The notes beneath the pieces are model-generated. The model was not told the origin of the DNA. It was given only the letters and a program-made list of their open reading frames with translations, and ran no database searches. Both the position numbers and the translations under genes were made by a program. Positions 38,242-52,700 of a stretch of 64,000 nt of DNA are shown here, piece after piece. Numbering within the stretch: position 1 is the stretch's first letter; each line of letters opens with the position of its first letter. This stretch comes from Phoronis australis (taxonomy: Eukaryota; Animalia; Phoronida): contig NMRA01000060.1 of NCBI GenBank assembly GCA_002633005.1, forward strand, positions 227,472 to 291,471, read 5' to 3'.

Positions 38242-41200
38242 ATTTAACTACTAATCTTGTACTAAGAGACCTAGGCCTACTTGTTTATGGTCCACAGCGT
38301 TTACGCGTGAAACCTACTTCTCTTTGTAATGCTTATTACACGTTTTATAATTTGTGCAATCGGTTCTTAACAAATTTGTTGTATTTAAAATAATCTTCAA
38401 ATGCCCAAAAAGACCAAATCCTTTTTTCGTGTTGGCAATAATGACGGGATTGCTTTGGAAAACGTCTTAAGTTAAGGTTTGACAAAGAGAGAATTATGAA
38501 TTTCTGAGTGATTCACTAAGGCTTCGATTAAAATTCACATCTTACCAGAAGCTTCTGTTTTTTCATCGTCACTCAGGTTCCATTTTCTGTAAAAAATGAA
38601 GTAAATTTTCTTCATTGCACAGTGGAGCAGACCACGGAAACGGAGTCGTAGTGAACAGGGCCACTGCCGGTCGCCTGGGATATCGTGGGAGAGCTACTTA
38701 GCCATAGTTCCGTTACGAATGCGCCGTGTTCCGAATTTGACACTTGAAATTGGATCTGAATGCCCCCCCCCAAAACACTAAAACTGGACACATTCAAATC
38801 TTGTTTCATCCGTATAATTACCGGGTTTAATTAATGAACTCAACATTTCCCTACACTCTTGCTGTTTTATTTTTTGCAGCCAACCCCCCCCCCACCCCTA
38901 AATCCGCCTATGTCCACGTAGTGTTCAATTCGCAGCATTGAAGAGACATTCCAAATAAGAGAGTCAATACCATAGACATCGTCAATACAGTCAGGAACTT
39001 AGCTGTATTTTCAGAGGTCTGTGGTATTTCCGGCTTGCACTATGCCGGACTGGGCGGCGGGCGCTGATGTGAAAGTAGGCGCGTGAGTCGTCACGAGCTC
39101 TGCGTGCGGCAAACAAACTACTCAGTTTTGGGGAAAGAACTTTTCTCATTCATTGTTACTTGGAACTCAAAAACGTCAAGGAATTGCAAAGACACTTAAT
39201 CATCGCCCACATTTATTGTCATTTGAAGTGAGAATATAGTTTTGAGACATTCAGTGTGAGAAGAGGGCGAATCATTTGAAGTGGAACTTGCACGTCAATT
39301 TCTTATCTCTGTGTCTACTTGATCAAATTAGTTAGAAACACAACATTAGCCACGATGTGATTATGTAGTAGGCTGAAATTCTCAGATGTTTTGAAGAACA
39401 AGTTTTGTGTTGAAAACAATCCGCCGTAAATCACTCAACCGTGTCCAGTAAGTATTGTGAGGTGGTGTTGGGGAATAATACTGCATGATGCAGGCAACGT
39501 GAGCCCTCAATGTACGTCATTATTGCAAAGGTCACCTATTTGCAGAATTTTTATTTTCACTTTTACAAGTTGTCAACGAATACAACTGCTTTTTGTTTAG
39601 CTTAGATGATCTTCAAATAGCATTGTCATTTAGTTCCTGCTATACATTAGTATAGTTAGGAGCATGCAAATACATCTTTAAGACCAACATTTAACAAATT
39701 TAGCAGTCACCAGTCAATGTAAACGTCACCTGCTACACTCCTATTACAAGTGAATTACAAACTACATGTATGGTAAACTCGATATGTGAGTCCAATGCCA
39801 ACGCTGGAACTGCGATCTTTTCACTATGTCCAATGATGACACCCCATTAATGAAGAATACACCAGGATTGAATTTGGAAATTTTAAAATATGTATCACAT
39901 TGAAAAGGTCATTTGTTTGGAAAGGCAGTTGGTTGAACTTGGTTTCCGCTAAAATTTTGAAGGAAAATGATGCCGACACCTGTCTAAACAGCTATAATAA
40001 ACAACCACCGTTTAACATTTCAATTTTAGTTAACAAAAATAACATTGAGTATTTCCTGTTTTGTACATGGAAATGACTTTAATATGAACTTATGTGGCAA
40101 TTTCAGTAAATTGCAACGTTTCTGCCAAGTTTTCTATCAAATTACCCTGGAAAACGATTCTTATCTATATACGCACAGCTCTGTCCATTAAACTGCTACA
40201 TGTATACGGTGGATCGAAATGTTTGTCTGTGTGAATTTCTGCACTCTCGAATATTCCATTGATGAGTTCAGACAATGTGAAGCTTGGACAAGTACCCACG
40301 ACGTTCAGTTGGCATGGTTATATTATACATAAAAATCTGGCGAGAACCTAGAGAAAATGCAATGCAAGAATACGTAAGTCTTAGCGAGATATCGCAAAGT
40401 ATTACATGCGAACCACGTGACCACATTAGCTCTCTACGAGAGATTCTTGCCTCTAAGTACTCCCATCTATATTTATGTTCTCATTGTATCTTCTGACAAA
40501 TCAAGGACTCGGCTTTCGCTTTAAGACCTCAAATTCACATCAACTAAATAAGCAAGTATTTAACCCCAATCTTGTTAGAAACTTTAAATGACCGACGAAG
40601 TTCAAACACTGATTTCCATTGAGTAATTGAGTGCAGGCTCGCAAATATGCTATTGTTTTGAGTTTACACGATTTGTGGCAAGAGCCCCTCTCCGACGCGG
40701 CAGCAAGGGTGTGCGAGAAAAGTTTGCGAGACTTCGATTGTCAAACATGCAACGTACACCTTGACGTACTTGATGTAGGCTCATCATAGCACGGCATAAT
40801 TGACCTATCGCAAACTCCGCCCCTATGCGAAAAATCACGTGATACCCGACAATCAAACGAGATGTCAGAGGCAAATACACTGTCGCTAAACAACGTTCCT
40901 GGTGGAATCGATGAGTGTTTTTGCAATATTTGAAAACGCTTCAACAGAGACAAGAGGCGATGCTTTTCAACAGAGAATCGTACGTTCATGATATGGGAAT
41001 CTGTAAAGGTGACGATGAAAAAATAGCTTGAGGAGCCAGCTAAAATCCGAAGAACCCCTCGGCCTATGGGCCACCTTCACCAGACAAATGACAAGGTAAC
41101 TGATACGATATGTTCATGTAAAGCTGGGTATGTACCTTAAAGTCGAATCGAATTATCTGTACGATTCCATTGATTTCATGATCTTTCGAATAAAATCAGT

Positions 41201-41747
41201 GAAGATTTACCGATATTTTTATTCTGTCGTCTGCTAAATTTCACCAAATGAAAAGTAGGTCACAACTGGTGGGACTCCTGGAGTAACGTAGGTCATAGAT
41301 TACAGACAACACATGCACAATAGTCTCTGATTAGGTCGACTCGATAGCTCTGTTTATGCTTTTCTAATCTCGTAACGAAATATTTTGATAAAAAAATTCA
41401 GGTTCATAGCTCTGGTATCCAACTCGTCCCAGGCAAACAGTTAGCTCCGGTACGTCTAGGGCTGTGTCTAAGTCAAATTAATGTCTGGAATTCAGCGTCG
41501 GATCTAGGATACCACAAGGAGGGCCCAACATGTTGCCTCCGTCGTGGCCGGGGATGTAGACCTTTGGACCTTCTGTTCAGAAAATTTATCAGTGGACTAA
41601 AAAAAACAGGAACACGATTCTGCCGCGATCTGGGGTCTGAGCCCCCCCCCCTCTTCCACTACCGGTCCTAATTACTGAACTCACTATTTCCTCACGCTTC
41701 ATGCTCTTGCTGATTCATTTTGCTTGCGGCAGCCAAGGGGGGGGGGG

Positions 41748-42036
41748 NNNNNNNNNNNNNNNNNNNNNNNNNNNNNNNNNNNNNNNNNNNNNNNNNNNNN
41801 NNNNNNNNNNNNNNNNNNNNNNNNNNNNNNNNNNNNNNNNNNNNNNNNNNNNNNNNNNNNNNNNNNNNNNNNNNNNNNNNNNNNNNNNNNNNNNNNNNNN
41901 NNNNNNNNNNNNNNNNNNNNNNNNNNNNNNNNNNNNNNNNNNNNNNNNNNNNNNNNNNNNNNNNNNNNNNNNNNNNNNNNNNNNNNNNNNNNNNNNNNNN
42001 NNNNNNNNNNNNNNNNNNNNNNNNNNNNNNNNNNNN
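41748..42036. other. Assembly gap (289 N)
   Basis: Run of N preceded by a poly-G tract. Confidence 0.99.
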
Positions 42037-43029
42037 AAAAAATGACGGGATATTATTCTGGAGCAGCATAACGGCTGTCGGTGCTACACACGCCATATCA
42101 ACACCGTTTCCCCATTCTTAGCGGACAATTTCTTGAGCTATAGACTAATGTAAGTTTTACTGTACAACGTGTGGTTTGTCGGGTAAAATGGCGGCTTGGA
42201 AACGCAGATGAAGGTGTGCCAAGAATGCTGCGTTCTGATTGGTCAATTAAGCCGTCCGTCATAATCCTGGCGATAGGTCAATTAGTCGAGCGTCATCTGG
42301 ATGCGTTCCCGATCACACCTCAGTGTGACATTTTCAGTGACCCCTGCTTATAATTCCGATGGCATCGAAGTTAGTTTTCCCATTTTAGTGAAGCGTCGAC
42401 GCTTCGCTGTTAAATTCATCTCGTTGACTCCAAAGTTACTCGCTTTCGCACTGTTAACAGTACTATATCGAAGTTAACTGTTCCCATGAGTGGGATAACT
42501 TGAAGCTAGTACGCGTTGACACGGTTATAAATGCACGACGATCAACTCGTGAACAGTGTTTTGTCAAAACACGACCTCACTTTTCTCACAAAAATGGTGT
42601 ACGGAACGCAACTCTCAAGGTAAGGAGATACAGACCTGGACGCAAGAAATAAAATTGCCGTGGGGGGGGGGGAGGAGCAGAGTAGTTTAGTGCCGGAACA
42701 CCTCCGAAAATCAACAACAGCCTCGGTCTTCTCATCAGGAACAAATTTTAGTAGTAATCATTCAAGCGGTTTAGTGGATGGAAAGAGTGATGTCAATGGT
42801 TACATTGAGAGAAGGCGTCATTGTCTCCTTAACAGAAACCTAATTTATCACGTTCCGCAAAGAATCAGATACAGAAGACAACGAAAAACATTGCTCCTAG
42901 GGGGCACAGCGTTAATCGGTTCCATCCAAATGTCGTCGTCCGTTGTCAACTTCATATAAATAGACTTTCCAACTAATAAGGACCATGCTGAGGGTTTGAG
43001 AGATAGTCATGGATGCAAAACACTACCAC

Positions 43030-43148
43030 TACCGGGGTTTTCCTTAGATCTAAGCCCCTGGGCGTGTATTGGGAAAATGAAAATTTTCAGGCATTTTTAG
43101 TGACACCAATAAACACCCGGGCGTTTATTCGGAAAAAGGGGACGGGTA
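43030..43148. mobile_element. Tiny Tc2/pogo-type MITE
   Basis: TACCG..TTTTCC..AAGCCCCTGGGCGTGTATTGG pairs with CCAATAAACACCCGGGCGTTTATTCGGAAAA..CGGGTA; TA flanks. Confidence 0.45.
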
Positions 43149-43500
43149 AACGGAAAGTCAGAACTTTGACTACGTACGTGAAGCGCGATATGTATTTTTG
43201 TAAGTGAAACAGCCCTTGGATTGGTAGTCCTTAAAGTGACTGTTCTGAATATATTGATACCTGTTAACAACATCAATTGTTGCAATATCTGCGCAGCTGG
43301 AAAAATTAATGTGCGCGACACTTCTAGACCTCCTTAGGGCAGATAATCTATGAACATCGGCTTGAATACTGAGTCCCACTTCGTATTGTGAAAAAAATAA
43401 CAAATTTGAGTCAGCTATGTATATAGGTATGTGCCCAACCGTAAGTCCGTCTTTGACTACTTACATGCTTTAATAACATTTAAGTCCATGTAGGGGATTC

Positions 43501-43900
43501 ATGAACGAGTCACTTATGATGCAACAGACAGTAATGATGAGGCGAGGTCCTTATTTTAACACTGACAAATCCGTTTTCCTTATGAACGCACTCCGGAGCC
43601 CCTGGGTAGAAATTGAACTCGCAGAGTTTCAAAAATTGAATATTGGCGTGAAGATAATTCCAGCCAGAATGACCTGTTTCCTTCAGCCACTTGATATTTC
43701 TGTTAACTCTCCGGTCAAAGCTAGGTTGCGAGATCAGTATCAGTATTGGCTTGAAACGGCGAGAAAGAATATACCCCGAGAGGGTACCACCGTCGCCCAT
43801 TCTATCAGAATTTGTATCTTCAGCCATGCGGCAAATCCTGCAAGACATCATTATCAGAGCGTTTGAATGTTGCAGCATAGCTGCTGCTGGGCAAATGGTC
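43501..43900 (+). pseudogene. pogo/Tc2 (DDE_1) transposase remnant
   Basis: IIPARMTCFLQPLDISVNSPVKARLRDQYQYWL matches the DDE_1 motif IPxGxTxxLQPLDVSVNKPFK. Frameshifted continuation QDIIIRAFECCSI. Confidence 0.8.
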
Positions 43901-44083
43901 TCTACCTTATTATACATGGGGTACAACGAGGGTATCCAAGAGATGGACGCAAGTAACTGGATCTCTTCATCGACTCGGAGATGGAAAAAGTCACTCCCAG
44001 GACGAGCTGGATGAAAACATTGACATGGACAGAATACACGTAGATTAAGAGGTTTCCTCACTGGTTTTTTTACTTAAAACTTT

Positions 44084-44714
44084 ATGTTAATAAACACATA
44101 GTTCGGCAACACTTTGTTCGATTTTATAAACGATGAACGCTCCAAAAACTGAATTTGTGACTTAAAAGTTTACGCTGAGTAAGCTTTTAAAAGAAAAATT
44201 TCCGAAAAAATCAACAGTCATCCCCTTCACAGTAGAAACTTAAACGCCAATTTTCATTCTTAGAATGGTTTGGTTGGTAGAGGCGGACACCGAAAACAGA
44301 CTAGAAAACAGTAAAAATGGCCTCCAGATGGTCCAAAATACGTCAAAACCATCCGAAAACGGCAACGTGTGATCGTTTCTTTGATAGAAATCTATTNTAT
44401 GTTAATAAACACATAGTTCGGCAACACTTTGTTCGATTTTATAAACGATGAACGCTCCAAAAACTGAATTTGTGACTTAAAAGTTTACGCTGAGTAAGCT
44501 TTTAAAAGAAAAATTTCCGAAAAAATCAACAGTCATCCCCTTCACAGTAGAAACTTAAACGCCAATTTTCATTCTTAGAATGGTTTGGTTGGTAGAGGCG
44601 GACACCGAAAACAGACTAGAAAACAGTAAAAATGGCCTCCAGATGGTCCAAAATACGTCAAAACCACCCGAGAACGGCAACGTGTGATCGTTTCTTTGAT
44701 AGAAATCTATTTAC
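44084..44714 (+). repeat. Near-perfect 314-bp tandem duplication with N at the junction (likely assembly artefact)
   Basis: TATGTTAATAAACACATAGTTCGG...GATAGAAATCTATT occurs twice; single N at 44397. Confidence 0.85.
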
Positions 44715-46731
44715 TAATAAACTTTATAAGAATCCGTCAAGGAACTTCAAAGACAGCGAAAAACGGAAAAAAGTGAAATTACCACTAGGGGGCACAGCAT
44801 TCGTTGGATCCGTCTGAAAGTTATAGTCGTCCGTTGTCAACTTCATATAGGCCCTAAATACATTTGCTTAATTTAATAAAGATCCTGGAGTGGTGTTACC
44901 AGATACAGCTGTGGGCGCAAAAAACTGCCACTAGGAGGCTCCATAGTAGTCGAAGTCATTGGAAAATCATAGTCAACCATCCTCTTCACACTAAAATCAT
45001 TATGCCAATTGTCACAGACACCCAGACATAGATTACAGCAATATGCACCCACATATAAATATATGCAAACATAAAAATGATAAGGCACAAGTAAGTGGGC
45101 ATATAGAAAGAAAAAGACATTTTTTATGCAATTTTATTGCTAAAGTCTCTTAAGAACAACGGCTTGCAAAGCGAAAACTTACGTTAAAGGATGCGAGCTA
45201 CAGCATAAGTTCAACATATACAGACAAGATTAATTTAGAATTATGCAAAATATACAAACAAGATAGGAATACTAGAAACCCCAAATGATCAAATTTTACG
45301 TGAAAATCGTCTATTAAAATGTCAAACTACAAATCTTTACGAACTTAAACAGTCCAATAGATTTGATATCCCTAACCATGAGCATTAACACCAATTCTAG
45401 TACAAGTTGATGTCATAAAATAAACGTCTGCAAACTTGAGACTTTGCGGACTGTACAGTATACAAATGTAATAAAAATAATAGTAACAAAAAGATCTGAT
45501 ATCACTCAGAACTCGCAACACCTATCGTCTCATTTCCGTAGCACCAATGAGAAGGGCATACAACATTGCGATGCTCCCTATTGTAAGAATACAAAATTAA
45601 ACCATCATACCATCCTATAGAGATTAACGCAACATGCACGTTGAAATCACCACTTGATCGATACAATAACCATATCTCATGGAAATGCAAACATTTTACG
45701 CACAACAGAACAGACTGCTGTAAAATGCAGGACAAAATCACCATCTATCGCTAATGAAGTCCGAATTTACAACACTTTCAGTTCATCTATAAAATTCCAA
45801 GTCGCACTGTCTTAATCTGTCATTCACTCGAATGCGCAAAACCTTAACCATGAGCATATGACCACTGTTTCCTTACGACACAATCCAGGCAAGTTTTACA
45901 GTCTAAATGCAACCACAGACTTTATCAAACAAAAATCACCCAGTCTGCATTGCCACATAATTTTGCGTAATACTAAAATACACCTTAAAATAAAGCAAGA
46001 TATATAAAAATGACAATTACGGACAATATCTAGTATATACAACCCTGTCGGCACCTTTCATACGTGCATTTTATATTTACAATAAATAATGAAATATTTA
46101 CACGAGGGGCCTACACACCGACGAGGGTGAAACAACGGTTACGAAAATAGTGCACTTCAGTCATCAAAAGCTACACACACACACTTATACGCGGCTTGAA
46201 TAACAAGTGGAATGCGTCCATGCAACTCTCTAACCAACCCTGGCAAGCACAGACGTGCACACAAGGTTATTCATGCGCAGGCCCTGAAGGCAAACTAAGC
46301 GTCTAAAGTTGACAGACGAGAGAGTGCAATGTTGCAGCATACAATGTTATGAGCAGTTACATTGCCTCCACCTAAACTGGACCATTAAAATGATTTCATC
46401 ACGTACTAGACACAGAAAACCTGCGTTCATTTAACAATTTTTAAAGGGGAAATAAAAATCCTCACACTACTGAAACAATTTTTCACATGGTTAAAATTAC
46501 GTAATCTCCAGACCGTGAATGTCACAGATTTGCTTAAGACGCAAGAGCTCTAGGCAAACTGAAATTTGTTTTTTTTTTACAAAAATAGACAAGTGAAAGT
46601 CGGCCTCTTTTCCACCGCCGGCGAGCTGAGTAAAAGCAGAACACACCGGAAAAGAAGCAGACTCTACACATTGATAGCATCTACGTCACAATTTCCTCAT
46701 CCAATTCCTTGGAATATAACCCAGTCAAAGA

Positions 46732-49700
46732 TTAAACGACCGAGTCCGTCGGCCGCTGCTTCTTCGATTCGCCATACTGTCCAATGAAAGAGCCGTCTTC
46801 GTTGAACTTGCCCGTGTCAATGTCGCCGTATTCATGCAGGCTGTCTTCGTCACTCTCCTGCCCAACTACCGGATCATTCAATGAACCTTGACTCGCCTTC
46901 ACTGGTTCCTCGCTCCTGTCAGTCAACAAATGACAGAGTATAATGCAAGGTGTACACACTGAATGTTCAACTAAGATTAGATCAACAGCAAGTGCGGAAA
47001 GCTTTGAAAGTGTAATCAGTAACACATGAAAAGAGAGAAAGATTACAAAGTAGACAAAATAATGACAAAAACTGGTCTGTCATGCCAAGAGAAGAAAATA
47101 AAACATTTGCCATATTTCTAACTGGTTTGAAGGCTTTTGACTGAGCACGTCAGTGCAAGTCAACATTGCATGCTTAAAGGTAGGACAAGTTTTAAAAAAC
47201 TGTGAACTACGTTTCCAAGAAAATTATCATAATGAAAAAGTTGAACGTAAATGTCACGTAGTAATGTTTCATCTTCAGCGGCAGGTTGCAAAGAGCGACA
47301 CGAATGCTCGATAGGCCTGCAACCTATACTGGTTACTGAAAGGGAGATATACTAATAGTAACGGTAAACCAACTCATTTCAAGACTAAAGTACACAATGA
47401 ACGTCATTGACATTGTAACCAGGTCAAGACGGCATCAACTTAAAACAGCTCAGTCTGCGAAGACGCAGGATTGCGGCAAAATGGATACCGTAATTCTAGC
47501 AATATAACAAAAATTTCGACTGGTTCGATAACACACTTGAAAACACACGCCATGATTTGGGACAAGACGTCGGCAGAAACGGTTAGTTCAGTGGGCTAAC
47601 TACGAGTTAGGTCATACATGCTATGGCCTGAAGTCTCAGCTTTCGTCTCAGCTCAGAGGGCGATAATACAAATAAAGCAAGTTACTCAGAGCAGTAACAC
47701 CACGTCTGCTTCCGTTAAATAAGACTGGACGTGGCATGACAGTTACAGGAGCAGACAACTACGACGGATACGGTGTTAGACCAGTTATAGCACTTGACAT
47801 TTACCCATGCACGGAATCACTAGACTGGACGAGAAAGAGATGACAACACAACTTTCAAGATAAGATGTAACTTTACTGCATCTGCTATTTCTTTTGGCAT
47901 CATAGACCTTGGCGACACTAACAAAGTGTGCGCACTATTCGAATGCGTGAATACAAGCATGAAGCACTGCTTCTCTCCACTCCATATTGGCTTAGTTTAC
48001 CCTCTCTCCTAGTACCAAGTATGGCAGCAGTGGACATCACCTCTGTACGTTGTTAAGAGGTGCAAACAGACATTGACAGTGTGATTAAGTGCAGAGACTA
48101 TTACAAGACACTGTTAAGTGCTTGCTAAACAGCTGTCGGTGTTGCATGCAGACACAGTGACTCTAAACCAAGACATGTGTCTTTCAACAGTGAAGACACG
48201 AACACTACAACACGACATTTAATTTCGACAACACACGGCTGAAAATGTAGGAACAGGGGGTGTGGGATTTACGACCAATCACGTGAAAGCTGAGACCAAA
48301 GGGCATAACCATGCATTGTCATGCTTTCAAGCACGAATACGAGTTATGACCGCGTTCGCCTGGCGGGCACGACAGCAGTCGAACGACGTCGCCACTAACC
48401 TAATAGTCAACAGTCGTATTCTCATCCCTGAAAACAGACCGGTTCGTTCAATACGCGAGTCAAAGAAGGTTGGCACTGTGGTTGGCCAAATAAAAGTATT
48501 CAAACACAAAGCATTTCAAAAAATGTTGACCACACTGGGTTATGCACAAGAGTTATGCGGCTTGTATTTTAGACTGTGTTGAACAGCTTGAAATTCAATA
48601 GCCACAATCTTAAATGGTCAATGGTTCATAAAACATCAATAAAATGTGTAGACAGGATATTAACTGTGCTTTTTATTTATACATAATAAATATATAGCAA
48701 TAAAGTCTTGATACAAAGAAATTGCTAAAAGGTTAACGTGTCTTTCAATTTGCGCGGTCTGGTAATAATTTCTTAAGATTTCTCAAGAAACACAGAAGAC
48801 GTAAGCTCAACAACTGACAATAACTATAACTTGAAATGCTAACCACTCCAAAACATGACCGGAGAAAGAAACGGTAGATGTGAACACGTGACACGGTAAT
48901 AAGCAAGACCAACCATTGACATTTTCACGAAGTGGTGAAAATTATGCAAACACATCTTCGGAGCAGAGACTGACGGGAGGTTTTTCCATCGAGTTAAGAA
49001 AGGATTAGTAGCTCTCCATTTTCATCAGTTTTGGTTTTCTGCTAATTGGGAAACACTTTGACAATGTTAACAAGAAACACAATGTGTAAGCAGTCGACAA
49101 GTCGTCTCTACTTATCGCATATTACGAGACACACACATTACATGGTGCTGATGCCTCCTAGCTCTATTTGCAAAAAGGTCAATGGTCTCAAAGGATTTCC
49201 TGTAAGCGTAACACGAGAATTAGGCCCAGCAAAGCAAACAACTGACCAATGAAAAGATTGTATCAGGCGTGAATCCAGAAGAGGGTTTAGAATTTCATGT
49301 TCGGCCAATTTTGCATTGAAGTAATGAAGGAATAGAAAGTGACCCCCCCCCCTCCACATTCTGGATTCGCACCCAAATTGTCTGGGGAATCTGCAAAAAA
49401 CCTTAGAAGTGTTGGAACAACAAACTCCAGGAGACTTCAATTTTATTTCATCAGACTTAGACATGAGAAGCGTAAACTCCAAAGTCACGGTTCTAAATGA
49501 ATACTTTCATTTAAACTTGCCATGAATGGTTAAACATGCTTTTCCTAAACAGTTACAATAAGACATGATTAAGATAAACACACAACGCTTGATGCAGATT
49601 CCCGACACCTCAACAAAGATTTGCAGAGAACTGCAGCGAGGGAAAGTTCCACTACTGGTGATGTGACGCCAGATATGAGAAAATACTTACGGTCTAGAGA

Positions 49701-52700
49701 AGTCTTGGAATCCGCTATCAGCCAAGTCACGTTCTGGGTTGTGGCCAGCTTTCTTTTCTTCATCGTCAACTGAAAGTGCGACATAAAGTTAGACGATAGT
49801 AAGTTTCAAGTGACAACGCACGTCAGAATCTGGTAATCTCGCAAGTTATGCAGCAGAATGTCAAACGAAAGCAGAAATGTTGCAGGGATGCCAAAGTATT
49901 GTAAAATGAACTATCAATCTGGAAATATATCGGCCTTATTCAATACAAAAGGTAGAGATGTAGCACCAACACTGCCAGAAACAATGGACAAGACAAAGTA
50001 TTCACTTGAGCAGGAGGCCTTTGCTCTGCGTTATCTGGCCATACACCATTTGTAGAGCAAAACTAATCAAGACAACGGACAACTACCCTTCATTAAGGCT
50101 ACGTCTGCTAACAACAAAGTGACAGGTAATGGCAGTACCATTTCAATTACAGGGTGACATAGCCGTCTTACTGATTTCCCTGTTCAACTCAGCTTCCTCC
50201 TAGCCATCATGACAGAGAATTCCGGGTCATTTTGTCTAAATACTTTTCACATCTAATGTTTTTTGTAAAATCGTGGTATACCCAAAAAGCAGNACACGTG
50301 ATACGGTAATAAGCAAGACCAACCATTGACATTTTCACGAAGTGGTGAAAATTATGCAAACACGTCTTCGGAGCAAAGACTGACGGGAGGCTTTTCCATC
50401 AAGTTAAGAAAGGATTAGTAGCTCTCCATTTTCATCAGTTTTGGTTTTCTGCTAATTGGGAAACACTTTGTCAATGTTAACAAGAAATACAATGTGTAAG
50501 CAGTCGACAAGTCGTCTCTACTTATCGCGTATTACGAGACACACACATTACATGGTGCTGATGCCTCCTAGCTCTATTTGCAAAAAGGTCAATGGTCTCA
50601 AAGGATTTCCTGTAAGCGTAACACGAGAATTAGGCCCAGCAAAGCAAACAACTGACCAATGATTGTATCAGGCGTGAATCCAGAAGAGGGTTTAGAATTT
50701 CATGTTCGGCCAATTTTGCATTGAAGTAATGAAGGAATAGAAAGTGACCCCCCCCCCACCCTCCCCGTTCTGGATTCGCACCCAAATTGTCTGGGGAATC
50801 TGCAAAAAACCTTCGAAGTGTTGGAACAACAAATTCCAGGAGACTTCAGTTTTATTTCATCAAACTTAGACATGAGAAGCGTAAACACCAAAGTCACGGT
50901 TCTAAATGAATACTTTCATTTAAACTTGCCATGAATGGTTAAGTAGATTGAACATGCTTTTCCTAAACAGTTACTATAAGACATGATTAAGATAAACACA
51001 CAACGCTTGATGCAGATTCCCGACACCTCAACAAAGATTTGCAGAGAACTATAGCGAGGGAAAGTTCCACTACCGGTGATGTGACGCCAGATATGAGAAA
51101 ATACTTACGGTCTAGAGAAGTCTTGGAATCCGCTATCAGCCAAGTCACGTTCTGGGTTGTGGCCAGCTTTCTTTTCTTCATCGTCAACTGAAAGTGCGAC
51201 ATTAAGTTAGACGATAGTAAGTTTCAAGTGACAACGCATGTCAGAATCTGGTAATCTCCCAAGTTATGCAGTCGAATGTCAAACGAAAGCAGAAATGTTG
51301 CAAGGATGCCAAAGTGTTGTAAAATGAACTATCAATCTGGAAATATATCGGCCTTATTCAATACAAAAGGTAGAGATGTAGCACCAACACTGCCAGAAAC
51401 AATGGACAAGACAAAGTATTCACTTGAGCAGGAGGCCTGTGCTCTGCGTTATCTGGCCATACACCATTTGTAGAGCAAAAGTAACCAAGACAAAGGACAA
51501 CTACCCTTCATTAAGGCTACGTCTGCTAACAACAAAGTGACAGGTAATGGCAGTACCATTTCAATTACAGGGTGACATAGCCGTCTTACTAATTTCCCTG
51601 TTCAACTCAGCTTCCTCCTAGCCATCATGACCGAGAATTCCGGGTCATTTTGTCTAAATACTTTTCACATCTAATGTTTTTTGTAAAATCGTGGTATACC
51701 CAAAAAGCAGTTTCATGAGATTACAGATACATGACACAGCTGAAAAAATAACACAAAAAATTGATTTCATCAAGAAAATTCTGAATTTCGAGGTAGGGAA
51801 CTGGTTTCAGGGTAACTTGTCCAAACTGGCTGTACCAGAAGGTAGTTCATCTTCGCAGCGGGTGACATAGGGTAACATTAGTACTTTGTCAAAATACAGC
51901 GTATGTGATAAGACTTGATGAGTTTTAAACAAAAGTGAAATTGCACCATCATCCCACATGACCAGTGAATTTAGCTCTTTCTGCACAATGCGATTTTTCA
52001 CGACTTTGCATGCGACAGTCGTCGTACAGCAATAATTGGGCAGGTGTAACAACACAACATTATGAGCTGAAAAGTCTTATACAAAGTCATTCACGACAAT
52101 CAGCATGCGCACGCCAGACTAAAGAATGTCACCGTCTCACATGGGAGATAATCATTGGGAGATACGGTAAAATCTCATCAATTTAGAACACAAAATGTTG
52201 GGAAGGTAAAACTCTATTTTTTAACTTTTTTGTAACTGATACATAGCATCAAAATAACGTTTAGCCATATTCAAGTTCCACATGAAAACTACCAACACAC
52301 AATATTTTGAAAAATTACGTACATACACAACAATGTTAGAAGATTTTGAAAAATGAAGAAGCTCAATTTTGGTGATCATTTTTGTCCAAAATGGGTGTTA
52401 TTTTACCGTAATTGTCACAGGTGTCATGTACTTCAAGGACACAAGTAAGGGTTGCAGCCCATGACTGGATAGTCGCGTACGAAAGTTGACTGAATTTGGT
52501 TAATACTCTAATAGATTGTACAACCACAACGGTCAAATAATTTGTACAGTGCATATTGCTCGACATGGATTACTAGCATAATCGCAGGACTTACCTCTGT
52601 AAGCAATCTGGCGGTTTCGGTGGATCATAACGATGATGATGATGATGAGAACTATGAGGACGACACCAGCCACGATGACACCGATCCACCACAGGTTGAG

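Noticed and set aside
41692-42121. Four long ORFs in the track
   Set aside because: They only span the N gap.
43510-44061. 183-aa minus-strand ORF
   Set aside because: Antisense shadow of the pogo/Tc2 transposase remnant.
44084-44714. Biological tandem duplication or LTR pair
   Set aside because: Near-identical copies joined by a single N, typical of an unmerged contig overlap.
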